Source: PVC group bacterium (GTDB lineage: Bacteria; Verrucomicrobiota; Kiritimatiellia; CAIKKV01; CAITUY01). From it: a stretch of 64,000 nucleotides of DNA. The DNA is taken from assembly GCA_945870225.1 (NCBI GenBank), contig CAMBRF010000010.1, forward strand, positions 20,880-84,879, read 5' to 3'. The stretch's first letter is position 1. The number at the start of each line of letters is the position of its first letter. Below the pieces are notes generated by a model. That model ran no database searches. It saw only the letters and a program-made list of their open reading frames with translations, and had not been told where the DNA came from. Shown in pieces: positions 26,526-36,400 of the stretch. The translations under genes were made by a program, and so were the position numbers.

Positions 26526-27758
26526 TCAGTTGTTCCGCAGCCAGTTTCCAATTCTACCGCACACCTGATCACGGATCGTGAAGAAGAGAAAATGAGTCTG
26601 CCCTTCATAGAATTGGGATTCAAGAGGAATCCCCAGTCGCCTAATCGATTGTTCCGCCTCCTTAATGTAGTCGACAGGAATACGGTTGTCGGCGGTTCCA
26701 TGGAGGAGCAGGATCGGTTTGTCCTTCCACGCGGAGACGAACGGCGCGGTTAGGAGTTCCTCCGGTTCCAACACGGGTGAGATGAATATCAGTCCCCGGT
26801 AGGCATTCGGCGCGCGCCGCGCCCCGATACAGACGCCCCGGCCTCCGTTCGACAGACCCGCGAGATAGATACGCGACGCGTCCATCTGGGGATGCAGGGA
26901 ACAATACCGGCGCACCTGTTCAATCGCATCCCCACCCCCTGATTCATCCCAGTTCCCTGCTCCAAAGGTGGGCGCCACTATCGCAAACCCGTATTCGTCG
27001 GCCAAGCGTTTCCACACCCATAGATAGCCCCGGAAATTACCCAAGCTGCCATGTAGGAATATCACAACGGGCAGCCGTCGCGACGCAGGCGCATCCGGTA
27101 TGTACTCATAAAAATGCCCCACCGCCGCATGCCTCAGGAAGAGATCCTGATAAGTCTGGTTCAAGACGGACCCAAGACACTCGAATTTGGGAGAACATCG
27201 CATCTCGCCGTAGACGGCGAGGATCTGGGCCCGAAGTTCCATCGTGTTACGCTCATCCATCAACCGGTCCATCGTCGGAATGACGTAGGAGGCCAATACA
27301 AGCTGGTCCATTTCCGGAACCAGATTAGCCATGGACGATCTCTGATACGCCGTCGTCCCTGTAAAGCACGAACGCACCTCCGCCCCCTTCATAGGGAGCC
27401 CCTCCGGTGTGAGGTAGTAATCGATTCCCAGCAGAAGGACAGCAGTCATGCCTGACGCCAGAGCCACCGTCAGGATGCCGCGCTTTCGCCTGAGATACGA
27501 TGCAATCCAAAACATAACGGGCGCAGGACAACCAAGGATGACTGCCATAGCAAAAAGCCGTCCCTGGCAGGTTTCGGCGTGAGCCAGAAGCAATCCCGCC
27601 AGAATGTAGATGGGAACCAGGAAGATGATATAAAGCGTCATCGTCACAGAGACAACAAATCTAAGAACGAAACGCGTCTTCGCCATCCCAGCCTGATTCA
27701 GCCCGCTCCTGAGAGAGACGCCGCCGCGGGAAACAGGCACAACGGGCGTTTCATTCAT
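26526..27758 (-). CDS. Membrane-anchored alpha/beta-hydrolase (esterase/lysophospholipase-like)
   Basis: 410 aa. 3-4 N-terminal TM helices. C-terminal alpha/beta hydrolase fold with 'VVIFLHGSLGN' (oxyanion region), nucleophile elbow 'GLSNGG', and 'LLLHGTADNRIP' (Asp/His region). The first 16 residues are nearly identical to those of the downstream fusion gene. Confidence 0.7.
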   Translation of the reverse strand: MNETPVVPVSRGGVSLRSGLNQAGMAKTRFVLRFVVSVTMTLYIIFLVPIYILAGLLLAHAETCQGRLFAMAVILGCPAPVMFWIASYLRRKRGILTVALASGMTAVLLLGIDYYLTPEGLPMKGAEVRSCFTGTTAYQRSSMANLVPEMDQLVLASYVIPTMDRLMDERNTMELRAQILAVYGEMRCSPKFECLGSVLNQTYQDLFLRHAAVGHFYEYIPDAPASRRLPVVIFLHGSLGNFRGYLWVWKRLADEYGFAIVAPTFGAGNWDESGGGDAIEQVRRYCSLHPQMDASRIYLAGLSNGGRGVCIGARRAPNAYRGLIFISPVLEPEELLTAPFVSAWKDKPILLLHGTADNRIPVDYIKEAEQSIRRLGIPLESQFYEGQTHFLFFTIRDQVCGRIGNWLRNN

Positions 27759-27799
27759 GAGCGTGTCTTCCTGATTGAGATTGGCGCTGAGCCAGCGCT

Positions 27800-28924
27800 T
27801 TACTTCGTCTCGCGCGCCAGAATGTCAGCAACAATCGCGGCGGCGGCGTTGGGGCGGCCCATGCGCTTTGCCCGGTTCCCCATCTGATCCAGACGGTCAC
27901 GATCCTCCAACAGGGACTTGACCTTGAAATACGCATCTTCCACCTCAAACAACCGCGCGGCGGCCCCGGCCTCCAGAACTGTCTCGCAGTTCCGCTGCTC
28001 CTGACCGGGAATCGGATTGATCACCAGCATCGGACGGCCCTTGGCAAGAACCTCGGAGGTCGTCAGTCCGCCCGGCTTGGAGATCACCAGATCACAGGCA
28101 TCCATCATCACATGAATGTTGGAGACAAACCCGTGGACCACCACCGGGGTGCGGATGGTCGCCGCCAGCGCCTCGGCTTCCTGTTTCATCTTCTCGTTCG
28201 CGCCGGCAACCACAACCAGACGGCAAACGGGAGTCTCCTGCCCGAAGGCACGGATGAGATCCAGCGTCGGCCCCACGCCGAACCCTCCGCTTAATAGCAG
28301 CACAACCGGCAGATCGGACGGAAGACCAAGCGCCTTCATCGCGTCGGCTTTCGATTGCCCCTGCTGAAACACCGGATCAATCGGAATACCTGTCACCACC
28401 ACCCGGTCAGCCGGCTGCCCGCGCCGGACCAGATGCCGCCGGGCCTCCTCCATCGCCACATAGTAGGTGTCGGTATTCTCCAGGATCCAAAGGGAATGGA
28501 CGGCAAAGTCGGTGACCGCGCAATACACCCGGGCCTGCCGGCGCCGGCGCCGTGACGCGCGGGTCAGGAGTTGCAGCGGCATGAAATGCGTACAGACCGC
28601 AATATCCGGATCGAACTCCTTATAAAACTTCAGAAACGAAAGCGTGTTCATCTTGTTGAAAACGGCCCGGATTTCCTTTCTCCACGGAACATCCGCCTTG
28701 CGATCAGCCTCGGAATAGAGGTAGCCCCACAACTCCGGCGCCTTGCGGACCAGATCGAGATAGCCTTCCGAATACGTTTTCCTGAAAATCCCGGCAGTAT
28801 AGTCGAGGATATCGCAGACCTTGACCTCCGCCTCCGGCCGTGCCTGAAGAAACGCCTTGGCCAGGGCTTCCGCCGCCCGCCGATGTCCCGCACCCGCCGA
28901 GGCATGCAACAAGAGAATTTTCAT
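27800..28924 (-). CDS. MGDG-synthase/UgtP-like diacylglycerol glycosyltransferase (GT28)
   Basis: About 374 aa from ATG at 28924 (track ORF extends to 28960). N-terminal 'MKILLLHASAGAGHRRAAEAL' matches the MGDG_synth/UgtP signature. C-terminal GT-B domain 'VVLLLSGGFGVG...GRPMLVINPIPGQE'. Confidence 0.7.
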   Translation of the reverse strand: MKILLLHASAGAGHRRAAEALAKAFLQARPEAEVKVCDILDYTAGIFRKTYSEGYLDLVRKAPELWGYLYSEADRKADVPWRKEIRAVFNKMNTLSFLKFYKEFDPDIAVCTHFMPLQLLTRASRRRRRQARVYCAVTDFAVHSLWILENTDTYYVAMEEARRHLVRRGQPADRVVVTGIPIDPVFQQGQSKADAMKALGLPSDLPVVLLLSGGFGVGPTLDLIRAFGQETPVCRLVVVAGANEKMKQEAEALAATIRTPVVVHGFVSNIHVMMDACDLVISKPGGLTTSEVLAKGRPMLVINPIPGQEQRNCETVLEAGAAARLFEVEDAYFKVKSLLEDRDRLDQMGNRAKRMGRPNAAAAIVADILARETK

Positions 28925-29421
28925 GCCGTCTCCTTTTTCAGGGTGCTCCGATACGACCACCCGATCAGCACCACCCCGGCGGCAAGGGACAGGATATAAT
29001 CAACCGGAACACCCAGCATCCAATGCTTGTGCCAGGGAATAAACTCGGGCGCAAACTTCCCGAACCCGAAGGCGGGATTAAAAAGGAACCATAAAAAGTC
29101 CTCGATGATCCAGAACACCATCACCGACCCGATGATGCGGACCTCATGCCGCCAGGAGAACAGTCCGGTTATGAACAGCGGTAGGTGAAACACGAGCGCC
29201 ATGAAAGCAAATACCCAGACATGGTAGCCGGTAATGGTCTTCCCGCCCCAGAACAGGTTCAACCAGGAGTTGTCGAGCCGCCAGGTCGGAAGGTTGGCCG
29301 CCCACCCCGCTCCACCCTCAATCTGAATCTCCACCGTGGCGAACACCGCGCCCAACAAGGTCACCCACAACAACAGCAACGCCGCCTGAACCCCGGGCGC
29401 GATTTGACGCGCGCCGGTCAT
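28921..29421 (-). CDS. Hypothetical integral membrane protein (4 TM helices), translationally coupled to the glycosyltransferase
   Basis: About 166 aa from ATG at 29421 (track ORF extends to 29502, overlapping the upstream gene). Trp/Phe-rich TM segments. Stop overlaps the GT28 start (ATGA). No family recognised. Confidence 0.4.
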   Translation of the reverse strand: MTGARQIAPGVQAALLLLWVTLLGAVFATVEIQIEGGAGWAANLPTWRLDNSWLNLFWGGKTITGYHVWVFAFMALVFHLPLFITGLFSWRHEVRIIGSVMVFWIIEDFLWFLFNPAFGFGKFAPEFIPWHKHWMLGVPVDYILSLAAGVVLIGWSYRSTLKKETA

Positions 29422-31019
29422 ATCGCGGGCCCCGCCTCCGGCTTGACGTCGGGCTTGACGGTCACCTCGGCAGGGGCATGACCCTGTGTCACCACATGCC
29501 ATTTCGGGCGCCGCCAGCTCTTCCTGAACTCATCAAGGGATCCCTCGCTGGCGATCCTGGTCTTCTCCTGTCCGTCAAGGAACAGGACCAGATCATACTG
29601 CTGATCCGCCGTGCCATAGGTCGCGTCGAATTGATGAACCAACTCATTGGCCGGGGTGGCAGGCCGCCCAAGAATACTCAGGATTGGAAAGGTCAACCCG
29701 CGCGAGTCGGGACATACCTGATAGGACTTATACACCAACTCCGTACAGACAATGGCCGAGTCGGTCGTAAAATCAAAATTGTAATCATAGGGCCGCCCGA
29801 CATAGTGGAACGAGCGGAACAGCGCCACGGCCCGTTCTTTCTTGGTCAGGCGCGGACGTAGGGCGCACAGGCTGTCCGCCGCGCCGGAATGTTCCAGCGT
29901 GGTAAACAGGACCCCCTCCCCGATGGCTTCCAGGATGCGGGGGACATGACCCTCCTCCAGCACCGCCGTGCATTGCGCATAGGCCGCAGGGTATTTCGAT
30001 TTCAGCAGCGCGTCAAAGTCGCCGTCCTCCTGGCCCTGCGCCATGACCCAGGTCCGGGTGTCGGGATCGTTAAAAAACTCCTTACGATCCGCAGGGGTCC
30101 CCACATAGAGCACCGCATGGGGCCAGAAGCCCGGCAGACCGACATTCGACATGTACCATTCGCGACGCTCAAGCAGGACATCACCGGGAAGGAGTTTCTT
30201 GGCCGCCACGGCAAGTTGCTCCAGGGTAATAAGGCCTCCTTTCCAGCGCCACACCTTTGTATCGCCCATCCAGATCGAGACTCCTTTTTGGACGGGGAAC
30301 CAGGCCAGGCTGCCGCCCTTGCGCACCAACTCAAGCGCGTTATCGGCGGTCAGAAGCGAATCCTGGATGCGTCCCTTGGCGAGGACGGCGACATCCTGAT
30401 CAATGTTCACACTGCTCCGATCAGGTTTCTTGAACGTGGTCACCCAGATAGACTTGAAGGCCAGATATTCCGCCTTGCGCGCCACGTTGAGGACCAGGAA
30501 CTCAAACCGGCTGTAGGTCCCCTTTTCCAAACCGAGTTCCGGAACGGAATCGTTCAGCAGCACCTCCAGCCCGGGATCGTTCTCCACGAGTTTTACGAAA
30601 TCGAGCGAAAACCGGTATTGCGCCAGGAAAGCGGCGTAGGCGACAAGGAACGACTCGTCACGAACCTGACGGTCGACAATGAGAAAGGTTTTGCTGTGGG
30701 CACGCCGGACGGAATCCATGGCGATTGAGTAGTCGAGAAATGTCTTCCATGCGGTCCAGACTTCCTCACGTTGCTCCCGGGTCATCAGGCGGGCTTTCGT
30801 GGGCCGGCTCGTCGGGAACAAATCGGGCCGGGACTTCGCGAAACTAACGACCTGCTCCAGGCCGGCGCGATACTGCTGCACGGCCGCCATATCGGCCTTG
30901 ATCCGGGCGCGCCGGTCATCCGCAGGCTCCTCGGCTCCCCTCACCACTCCAACCAGGAGCGAACCCCACACCAGCGCCACGCCAACAACCCGTCCCAGCC
31001 CGGTCCGTTTCCTGATCAT
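29418..31019 (-). CDS. Secreted YiiX/YaeF-type permuted-papain-fold (NlpC/P60 superfamily, C92-like) protein
   Basis: 533 aa. Signal peptide. C-terminal 'HYVGRPYDYNFDFTTDSAIVCTELVYKSY' matches the YiiX signature (catalytic Cys in a 'C(S/T)ELV' context after a 'YDxxFDF' block). The long N-terminal region has no recognisable family. Confidence 0.5.
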   Translation of the reverse strand: MIRKRTGLGRVVGVALVWGSLLVGVVRGAEEPADDRRARIKADMAAVQQYRAGLEQVVSFAKSRPDLFPTSRPTKARLMTREQREEVWTAWKTFLDYSIAMDSVRRAHSKTFLIVDRQVRDESFLVAYAAFLAQYRFSLDFVKLVENDPGLEVLLNDSVPELGLEKGTYSRFEFLVLNVARKAEYLAFKSIWVTTFKKPDRSSVNIDQDVAVLAKGRIQDSLLTADNALELVRKGGSLAWFPVQKGVSIWMGDTKVWRWKGGLITLEQLAVAAKKLLPGDVLLERREWYMSNVGLPGFWPHAVLYVGTPADRKEFFNDPDTRTWVMAQGQEDGDFDALLKSKYPAAYAQCTAVLEEGHVPRILEAIGEGVLFTTLEHSGAADSLCALRPRLTKKERAVALFRSFHYVGRPYDYNFDFTTDSAIVCTELVYKSYQVCPDSRGLTFPILSILGRPATPANELVHQFDATYGTADQQYDLVLFLDGQEKTRIASEGSLDEFRKSWRRPKWHVVTQGHAPAEVTVKPDVKPEAGPAI

Positions 31020-31225
31020 CGATATCTCCTATGAGTTTGTTCCATCAAACATGTGCAAGGCATCGACGTCACCATTTTGGGAGGGACGGCGTGTCGCCGT
31101 CCGCGGCGCGCAACATGCGCGCCCTCCCTTAGGTCCCGGACAACAACCCAACCAGGACCCCCTGTTAACAACGAGCCGTTACCGCCTGAATCGTGACGGC
31201 AACGGCTCGTTTACTTCCGATCATC

Positions 31226-32776
31226 CTACTTCGTCGGCTCGTCCTTCTTGATTTCCGGACGGATACTGCCCAGAAACTCGGGCAGGTCCAAACCAACCTG
31301 CTTGGCCAATTCATGCATCGGCGGCAGGGCTCCCATCAATTTCTTTCCGAGGTTTGACATCCCACCGTTCTCCGATCCCCCGTCCCAGATGATCACCTTC
31401 TCGATCGGCAGATCCTGAATGGCCTTCGCCTGAATATTGGCAATCTCCGTCAACCGTTCGATCAACAACAGGGACACGGCCACCTGCGGCTCGCCGGCGG
31501 CCTGAACGAGATTTCGATAGCCCAGCGCCTTGCCGTCGAGAACGGCCTGCAAGCCCTTGCCCTCTGCCGTCATCTTCGCCAGAGTCGCCTCAGCCTGCCC
31601 TTTCGCCCGCAGTACCGACTGCTCGCGTTCGGCGTCGGCGGCGATAACCACCCGTTTCTTTTCAGCCTCGGCAGGCACGACGATCTCGGCGTTCAGGCGC
31701 GACTGTTCGCGCATGGAGCGTGCGTCCTCGGCGAGTTTCTGTGCCGTTTCCTGGGCGACCCGAATCGACCCGTCCGCCTCCCGGGCGGCGATTTCGCCCT
31801 TGTTACGGGCCTCTTCCTCCGCCACTTTCTGCGTCGCCCGATAGCTGGCTTTCTGGGCGTTGGCCGCCGTTTCCGACTGCACGGCATCGGCTTCCAGTTT
31901 GGCGGTCTGCTGACGCTTGTTTTTATCCGCCGACGCCTCACCGATCTGGGCTTCCGCCATGGCGGCCGACACCTGTTGTCGTTTCTTACGCTGGGCATCC
32001 GCCTCGCCGATTTCAGCCTCGGCTGTGGCGGCGGCCACGGCAATGCGCTGATCGCGCTGGCGCTCAGCCACACCCATCTGCCCGTGCTTTTCCTGCTCGG
32101 CCACGTCCACATTCGCCTGGTTGATAGCTTCGGCGGCCGCTTTACGTCCGATGGCCTTGATGTAACCCGACTCATCCTCGATGTCGCGGATGTTGACGTT
32201 GATCACGGCTAAACCGATTTTCTCCAGTTCCCCGGCGACGGATTCGTTCACCTTCGACATGAAGACCTGACGATCCCGATTGATATCCTCAATCCGCATC
32301 GTCGCCAACACGGCGCGCATCTGGCCGATGATGATATCCTGGGCCAAGGTCTGAATCTGCTGGGAGCTCAAACCCAGCAGACGGATCGCAGCGTTTTCCA
32401 TCACACCGGGCTGGGTCGAAATGGCCGCCGTCACCGAGGTGGGCACGGTCACTCGAATGTTCTCCTGAGACAGCGCGTTGGACAGATCGATCGGCACCAC
32501 AAACGGTTCCAGATCAAGATAATCGTACGACTGGATCAGCGGCATGACAAAGGCCGCGCCCCCGTGGACGCACTTTGAGGCCCCACTGCTCGTCTTTCCG
32601 AAGATGACCAGAATCTTATTGGATGGACACCGCTTGTATCGGCTGACGAATGTCATGAACAACACAAAGATGATGACCGCCAGCAAAATACCCAGAAAGA
32701 CCGCGACCAGAGAAACGCCCGTCTCCATCCCCGCATCTAACTGAGCCAAAACGAGTCCATTCCATATCATATTCAT
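31226..32776 (-). CDS. Flotillin-like SPFH/band-7 protein (YqiK-type)
   Basis: 516 aa. N-terminal TM helix. SPFH domain. Long Ala/Glu/Gln/Lys-rich coiled-coil with repeated 'AEA(E/Q)IGEA(D/S)A(Q/D)(R/K)KKRQQ' blocks typical of flotillins. Confidence 0.85.
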   Translation of the reverse strand: MNMIWNGLVLAQLDAGMETGVSLVAVFLGILLAVIIFVLFMTFVSRYKRCPSNKILVIFGKTSSGASKCVHGGAAFVMPLIQSYDYLDLEPFVVPIDLSNALSQENIRVTVPTSVTAAISTQPGVMENAAIRLLGLSSQQIQTLAQDIIIGQMRAVLATMRIEDINRDRQVFMSKVNESVAGELEKIGLAVINVNIRDIEDESGYIKAIGRKAAAEAINQANVDVAEQEKHGQMGVAERQRDQRIAVAAATAEAEIGEADAQRKKRQQVSAAMAEAQIGEASADKNKRQQTAKLEADAVQSETAANAQKASYRATQKVAEEEARNKGEIAAREADGSIRVAQETAQKLAEDARSMREQSRLNAEIVVPAEAEKKRVVIAADAEREQSVLRAKGQAEATLAKMTAEGKGLQAVLDGKALGYRNLVQAAGEPQVAVSLLLIERLTEIANIQAKAIQDLPIEKVIIWDGGSENGGMSNLGKKLMGALPPMHELAKQVGLDLPEFLGSIRPEIKKDEPTK

Positions 32777-33408
32777 ATAACCGAATCCTTTCGCACCGTA
32801 TCCGCCTGTTCCCTTTCAACCTCGACCGCATTGTCCCCCAAAACCCGGAGGACCTTTACCGGTGAACCGGCCGCAATTGCACTGCCGCCCTTGGCCCGCG
32901 CCTTCTGCATGGTCACAACCCCATCACACATCACCCGAATTTCTCCAGTTCCATCCCTGGGAATGTTTAGGTAAACCGTAGCCGAGTTTCCCACACAGGA
33001 GGCCACCCGCATATTACCAGTCTGGGACATGCGCTGGAGCAGGTGCAGCAGCAGGGACACCATGACCATGGCGACCAAGCCCCAAATCAAAGCGTAAGTC
33101 AACGCCCGCGCCTGCGGCAGACCCCGACTCATATATAATCCACCCGCCCAGGTAAACAGGGTGAAAAAAGCAAGAATGGAGCGAACCGAGAGCAGCTTGA
33201 AAGCCGCCACGGAATCCTGGGCATCATGGGGCGAGTCGTGTTCGAATGAAGAGCCGACCTGCCCATCGAGATCCGCATCCCCGCCGCCAAGTCCGGCCAG
33301 CGCCGAAAACATCTGGATCAGGAAAAAAACCGTAAAAAAAGCAGCGGCTACAAAGAACCACTGATTCATCGGCTGCAACGCCATCCACCATGTCATAAGT
33401 GCATCCAT
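32773..33408 (-). CDS. NfeD/YqiJ-like membrane protein (flotillin partner)
   Basis: About 211 aa from ATG at 33408 (start uncertain; other in-frame ATGs at 33396, 33384 and 33459). N-terminal TM helices plus C-terminal OB-fold-like beta domain. Stop overlaps the flotillin start (ATGA). Confidence 0.55.
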   Translation of the reverse strand: MDALMTWWMALQPMNQWFFVAAAFFTVFFLIQMFSALAGLGGGDADLDGQVGSSFEHDSPHDAQDSVAAFKLLSVRSILAFFTLFTWAGGLYMSRGLPQARALTYALIWGLVAMVMVSLLLHLLQRMSQTGNMRVASCVGNSATVYLNIPRDGTGEIRVMCDGVVTMQKARAKGGSAIAAGSPVKVLRVLGDNAVEVEREQADTVRKDSVI

Positions 33409-33495
33409 ATCCCCTCCCCTTACTACTACACCCTTTGTGTTGTTGGCGCATGCTGCCACCTGCGAGCGCTCAACGCAACCTGAATCAGACCCGCC

Positions 33496-36400
33496 TTACC
33501 CGCCCTTTTTCAGGGTGCCGAAAACAAAGAGTACAAAAAGCGCCGCGAACAGGATCGCCGTGGCAAACTTCACCAGCGCCGCCCTTTGCTGTAGCCACAC
33601 CGTCAGGCGCTCGCTGCGCAACCCGCCGTAGGCCCCCGAAAACACCACCAGCAACGGCACGATAAACGCCACATTATAAAGCGACAGGTATGCCACAGCC
33701 CCCATCCGCCCCTGCCCGGTCTTCAACATATAAAGGATGGTGGGCGCATAAACCTGCCCGGTGCAGGCCAGTTCCAGCACGGCAATCACCAACCCCGCCA
33801 CGAAGGCCGCCGCCACAAAATGCCGGTGCCGAGCGCTCTGTCGCACCGCATCATGAATCCGGGCCTTCAGGAAACCCGGCAACTGAAGCACCATGTCTCC
33901 CATGCGTCCTCTCAGACACTGCACCCCATCCCAGACACTCAGCAGGGCCACCCCGGCCACAAACACCGCCAGCCCCCCGTTCAGAACAACCCCCATCCGT
34001 CGCAGCAGGGAAAACCTGACCACCACTTCCACCAAACCCAGCCCGAGCAGAAAATACGCTATGAATATCCCCGCCACGAACGCGCCACCCACGGCCAGAA
34101 TCTCGCGCGATCCGCGCCGTGTCACCTGCAGGTATGACAGCAGGAATATGATCGTCGCAAACGCGCATGGGTTGATCCCGTCCAGCAGTCCCGCCACAAA
34201 CACAATCCCGGCACCCATGGCGGTATATCGCTCGCCCAGCGTCACGTCCGCTTGGGCAATCGCGGTTTCGCTCACTTCCCGCCATGCCGTCTCCGTCGCC
34301 TCCGAACGGCTCAGCAGCTGCCCCAACCGCTCGAATGTGATGTCAGTCCGGATGAGGAAGCCGGCCCCGCAAAACACGGCTGGCGCCACAAGACGATTTT
34401 TGTCCGGCACATCAAAACGTTCGCACAGGGCCTCATTCACACGCGCCTGATCCGGGTTGCGGATATTCATTTCCTCCACCGCCAGATCGGTAAACTCCGT
34501 TCCCAGCGCCCGCAGCAGTTCCGCGACCCGCTCGCAGTCACGGCAGCCGGGATTGCGGAAAAACACCACGCGGCGCACGGGAGCGCCCGCCCCTGCCGTC
34601 TGAACGGGGCCCGGCTCCCGTCCGCCTGGCTGCACGTCAGTGCGTCCGCTGCCGGCCGGCCCGGCCGCCGGCCTGGGCTCATTCCTACGCAGCACAACTT
34701 CCTTCGTCCCCGCCGGGGCGGCGGAGCCGGCGCTCAACTGCTTGCGCAGACTAATGAGCTGGGCGTCCTCGTTCCCGACCTGCTGGATCACGGTATCCAA
34801 CAGTGCCAGAACCTCATTCACGTTCATCTCGCGCAGCCAGCTCACCGGCGCCTCCCGTATGGATGAGAGCAACCGGTAGGCCCCCATCCGCTTGTCGGAC
34901 GTCGACTCGAGCATCTCCGCCAGCACCCGCAGATCCGTTTTTTCGCGGTTTGAAAACAGGCACAACGCTGCTGCGGTACGCACCGCCAGAGACCGGTCGC
35001 GGCTCAATGCCGTCAGCACCTCCACCACCGGCTTCGGCAAGCGTTTGCGGGTGCCGGATGAATCAGTGAAACTGCTCACGCCCTCCGTCGCCGTCTCCGC
35101 ATCGAAATAAACAGTCCACGGATCGATTCCCACACGCCCGTACACCGCCGGAACGACGGCCCGTACCCATTCCGAAGAGTCCCGTGCCACGGTCTGGATT
35201 TTTTTAAGAAACTCGCCGGGCTGATGTTTGCCCCAGGCATACCAAGCCGCCCGCCGCACATAGGGATTATCGTCACTCAGATACCGTGTCACAAGCGACT
35301 GGTCCCCCTCCCGCCAGCAGGAATCAAGCAACGTTAACGCCAGAATGCGTCGGGGATCGTCGTAACGCGCCCGGTCGTTATTCTCCAAAACCTGCCTTGC
35401 CGCTGACCCGATCTGCCGCCGGATGGCCGGACGCCGCACCACTTGAAACCATTGGTAGGATTCCCTGAACAGGTCGGACGGACTGAGCACAGAACCCGCC
35501 TCGACCGCCGCCTCGATCAGTTCCTTCACGAGGAGATCCCCCGCCGTTTCCTTCAGGCATAGCGACGCCGCCGCCTGGCGCACGTCGGCCGATGGATCCC
35601 TCAGCAACCGTTTCACCAACGGGACGGCCGCTTCACCCCGGCATGCTGTGGCCCGTTTGGCAATCTCCAGCCGTTCCTCCGCTGTGCGGGAGTCGAGGGA
35701 CGACACCAAATACGTCAGGCCTGTGCCATTCCCCATGGCCATCAGCATCAGGGCGGCCGAAAACCTCAGATCGGCATCCTGCTTCGGGTCCAGGTACACC
35801 AACGCCTCCTTGACCAGACTTCCGACCTCCTGCGAGGGTGCCGGGGCCGGTTGCGCAAGCGGCACCTCAGCAGGTGCCGCCGGTCCGAAAGCGCTGAAAA
35901 CATCCTGTAAACTGGCTTGTTCCGGCACCACGTTGGTCACCACCGTCGTAACTGCCGGTGCCGGTGCGGCTGAAAACGCCGCGAATAATCCAGCCAGCCC
36001 CTCACCCTCGCCCCCCGCCGCCACGGCATTGCTGACCACCGGGGGCGCGGCGATCATCTCATCGATATCCACACTGTCGGACATATCGATTGATCTCGAA
36101 TAGGATTCGCGCTCCGCATCGGCCTTATACGATTCGAAAACGGCCTGAACCCGGTCCTTGATTCCATCATGCAACACTTTGGCCAATTCCACCTGGACCC
36201 CGGTGTTCGCACTGCCCCCCCGCGACACAACGCGAATGGCGGCGCAGGCCACATCGCCGTTTTCATGCCGAACATACGGCAAAGCCAGCCGCCAGGAATC
36301 CGAACGGCCGTCACCCAACCCCTCCAGCACCGACAGCAACACCTCGGGGTCCTTGCCCTTTAATGCCGGGCCGAACGTCTCCGGAAGAGATTCATCCATC

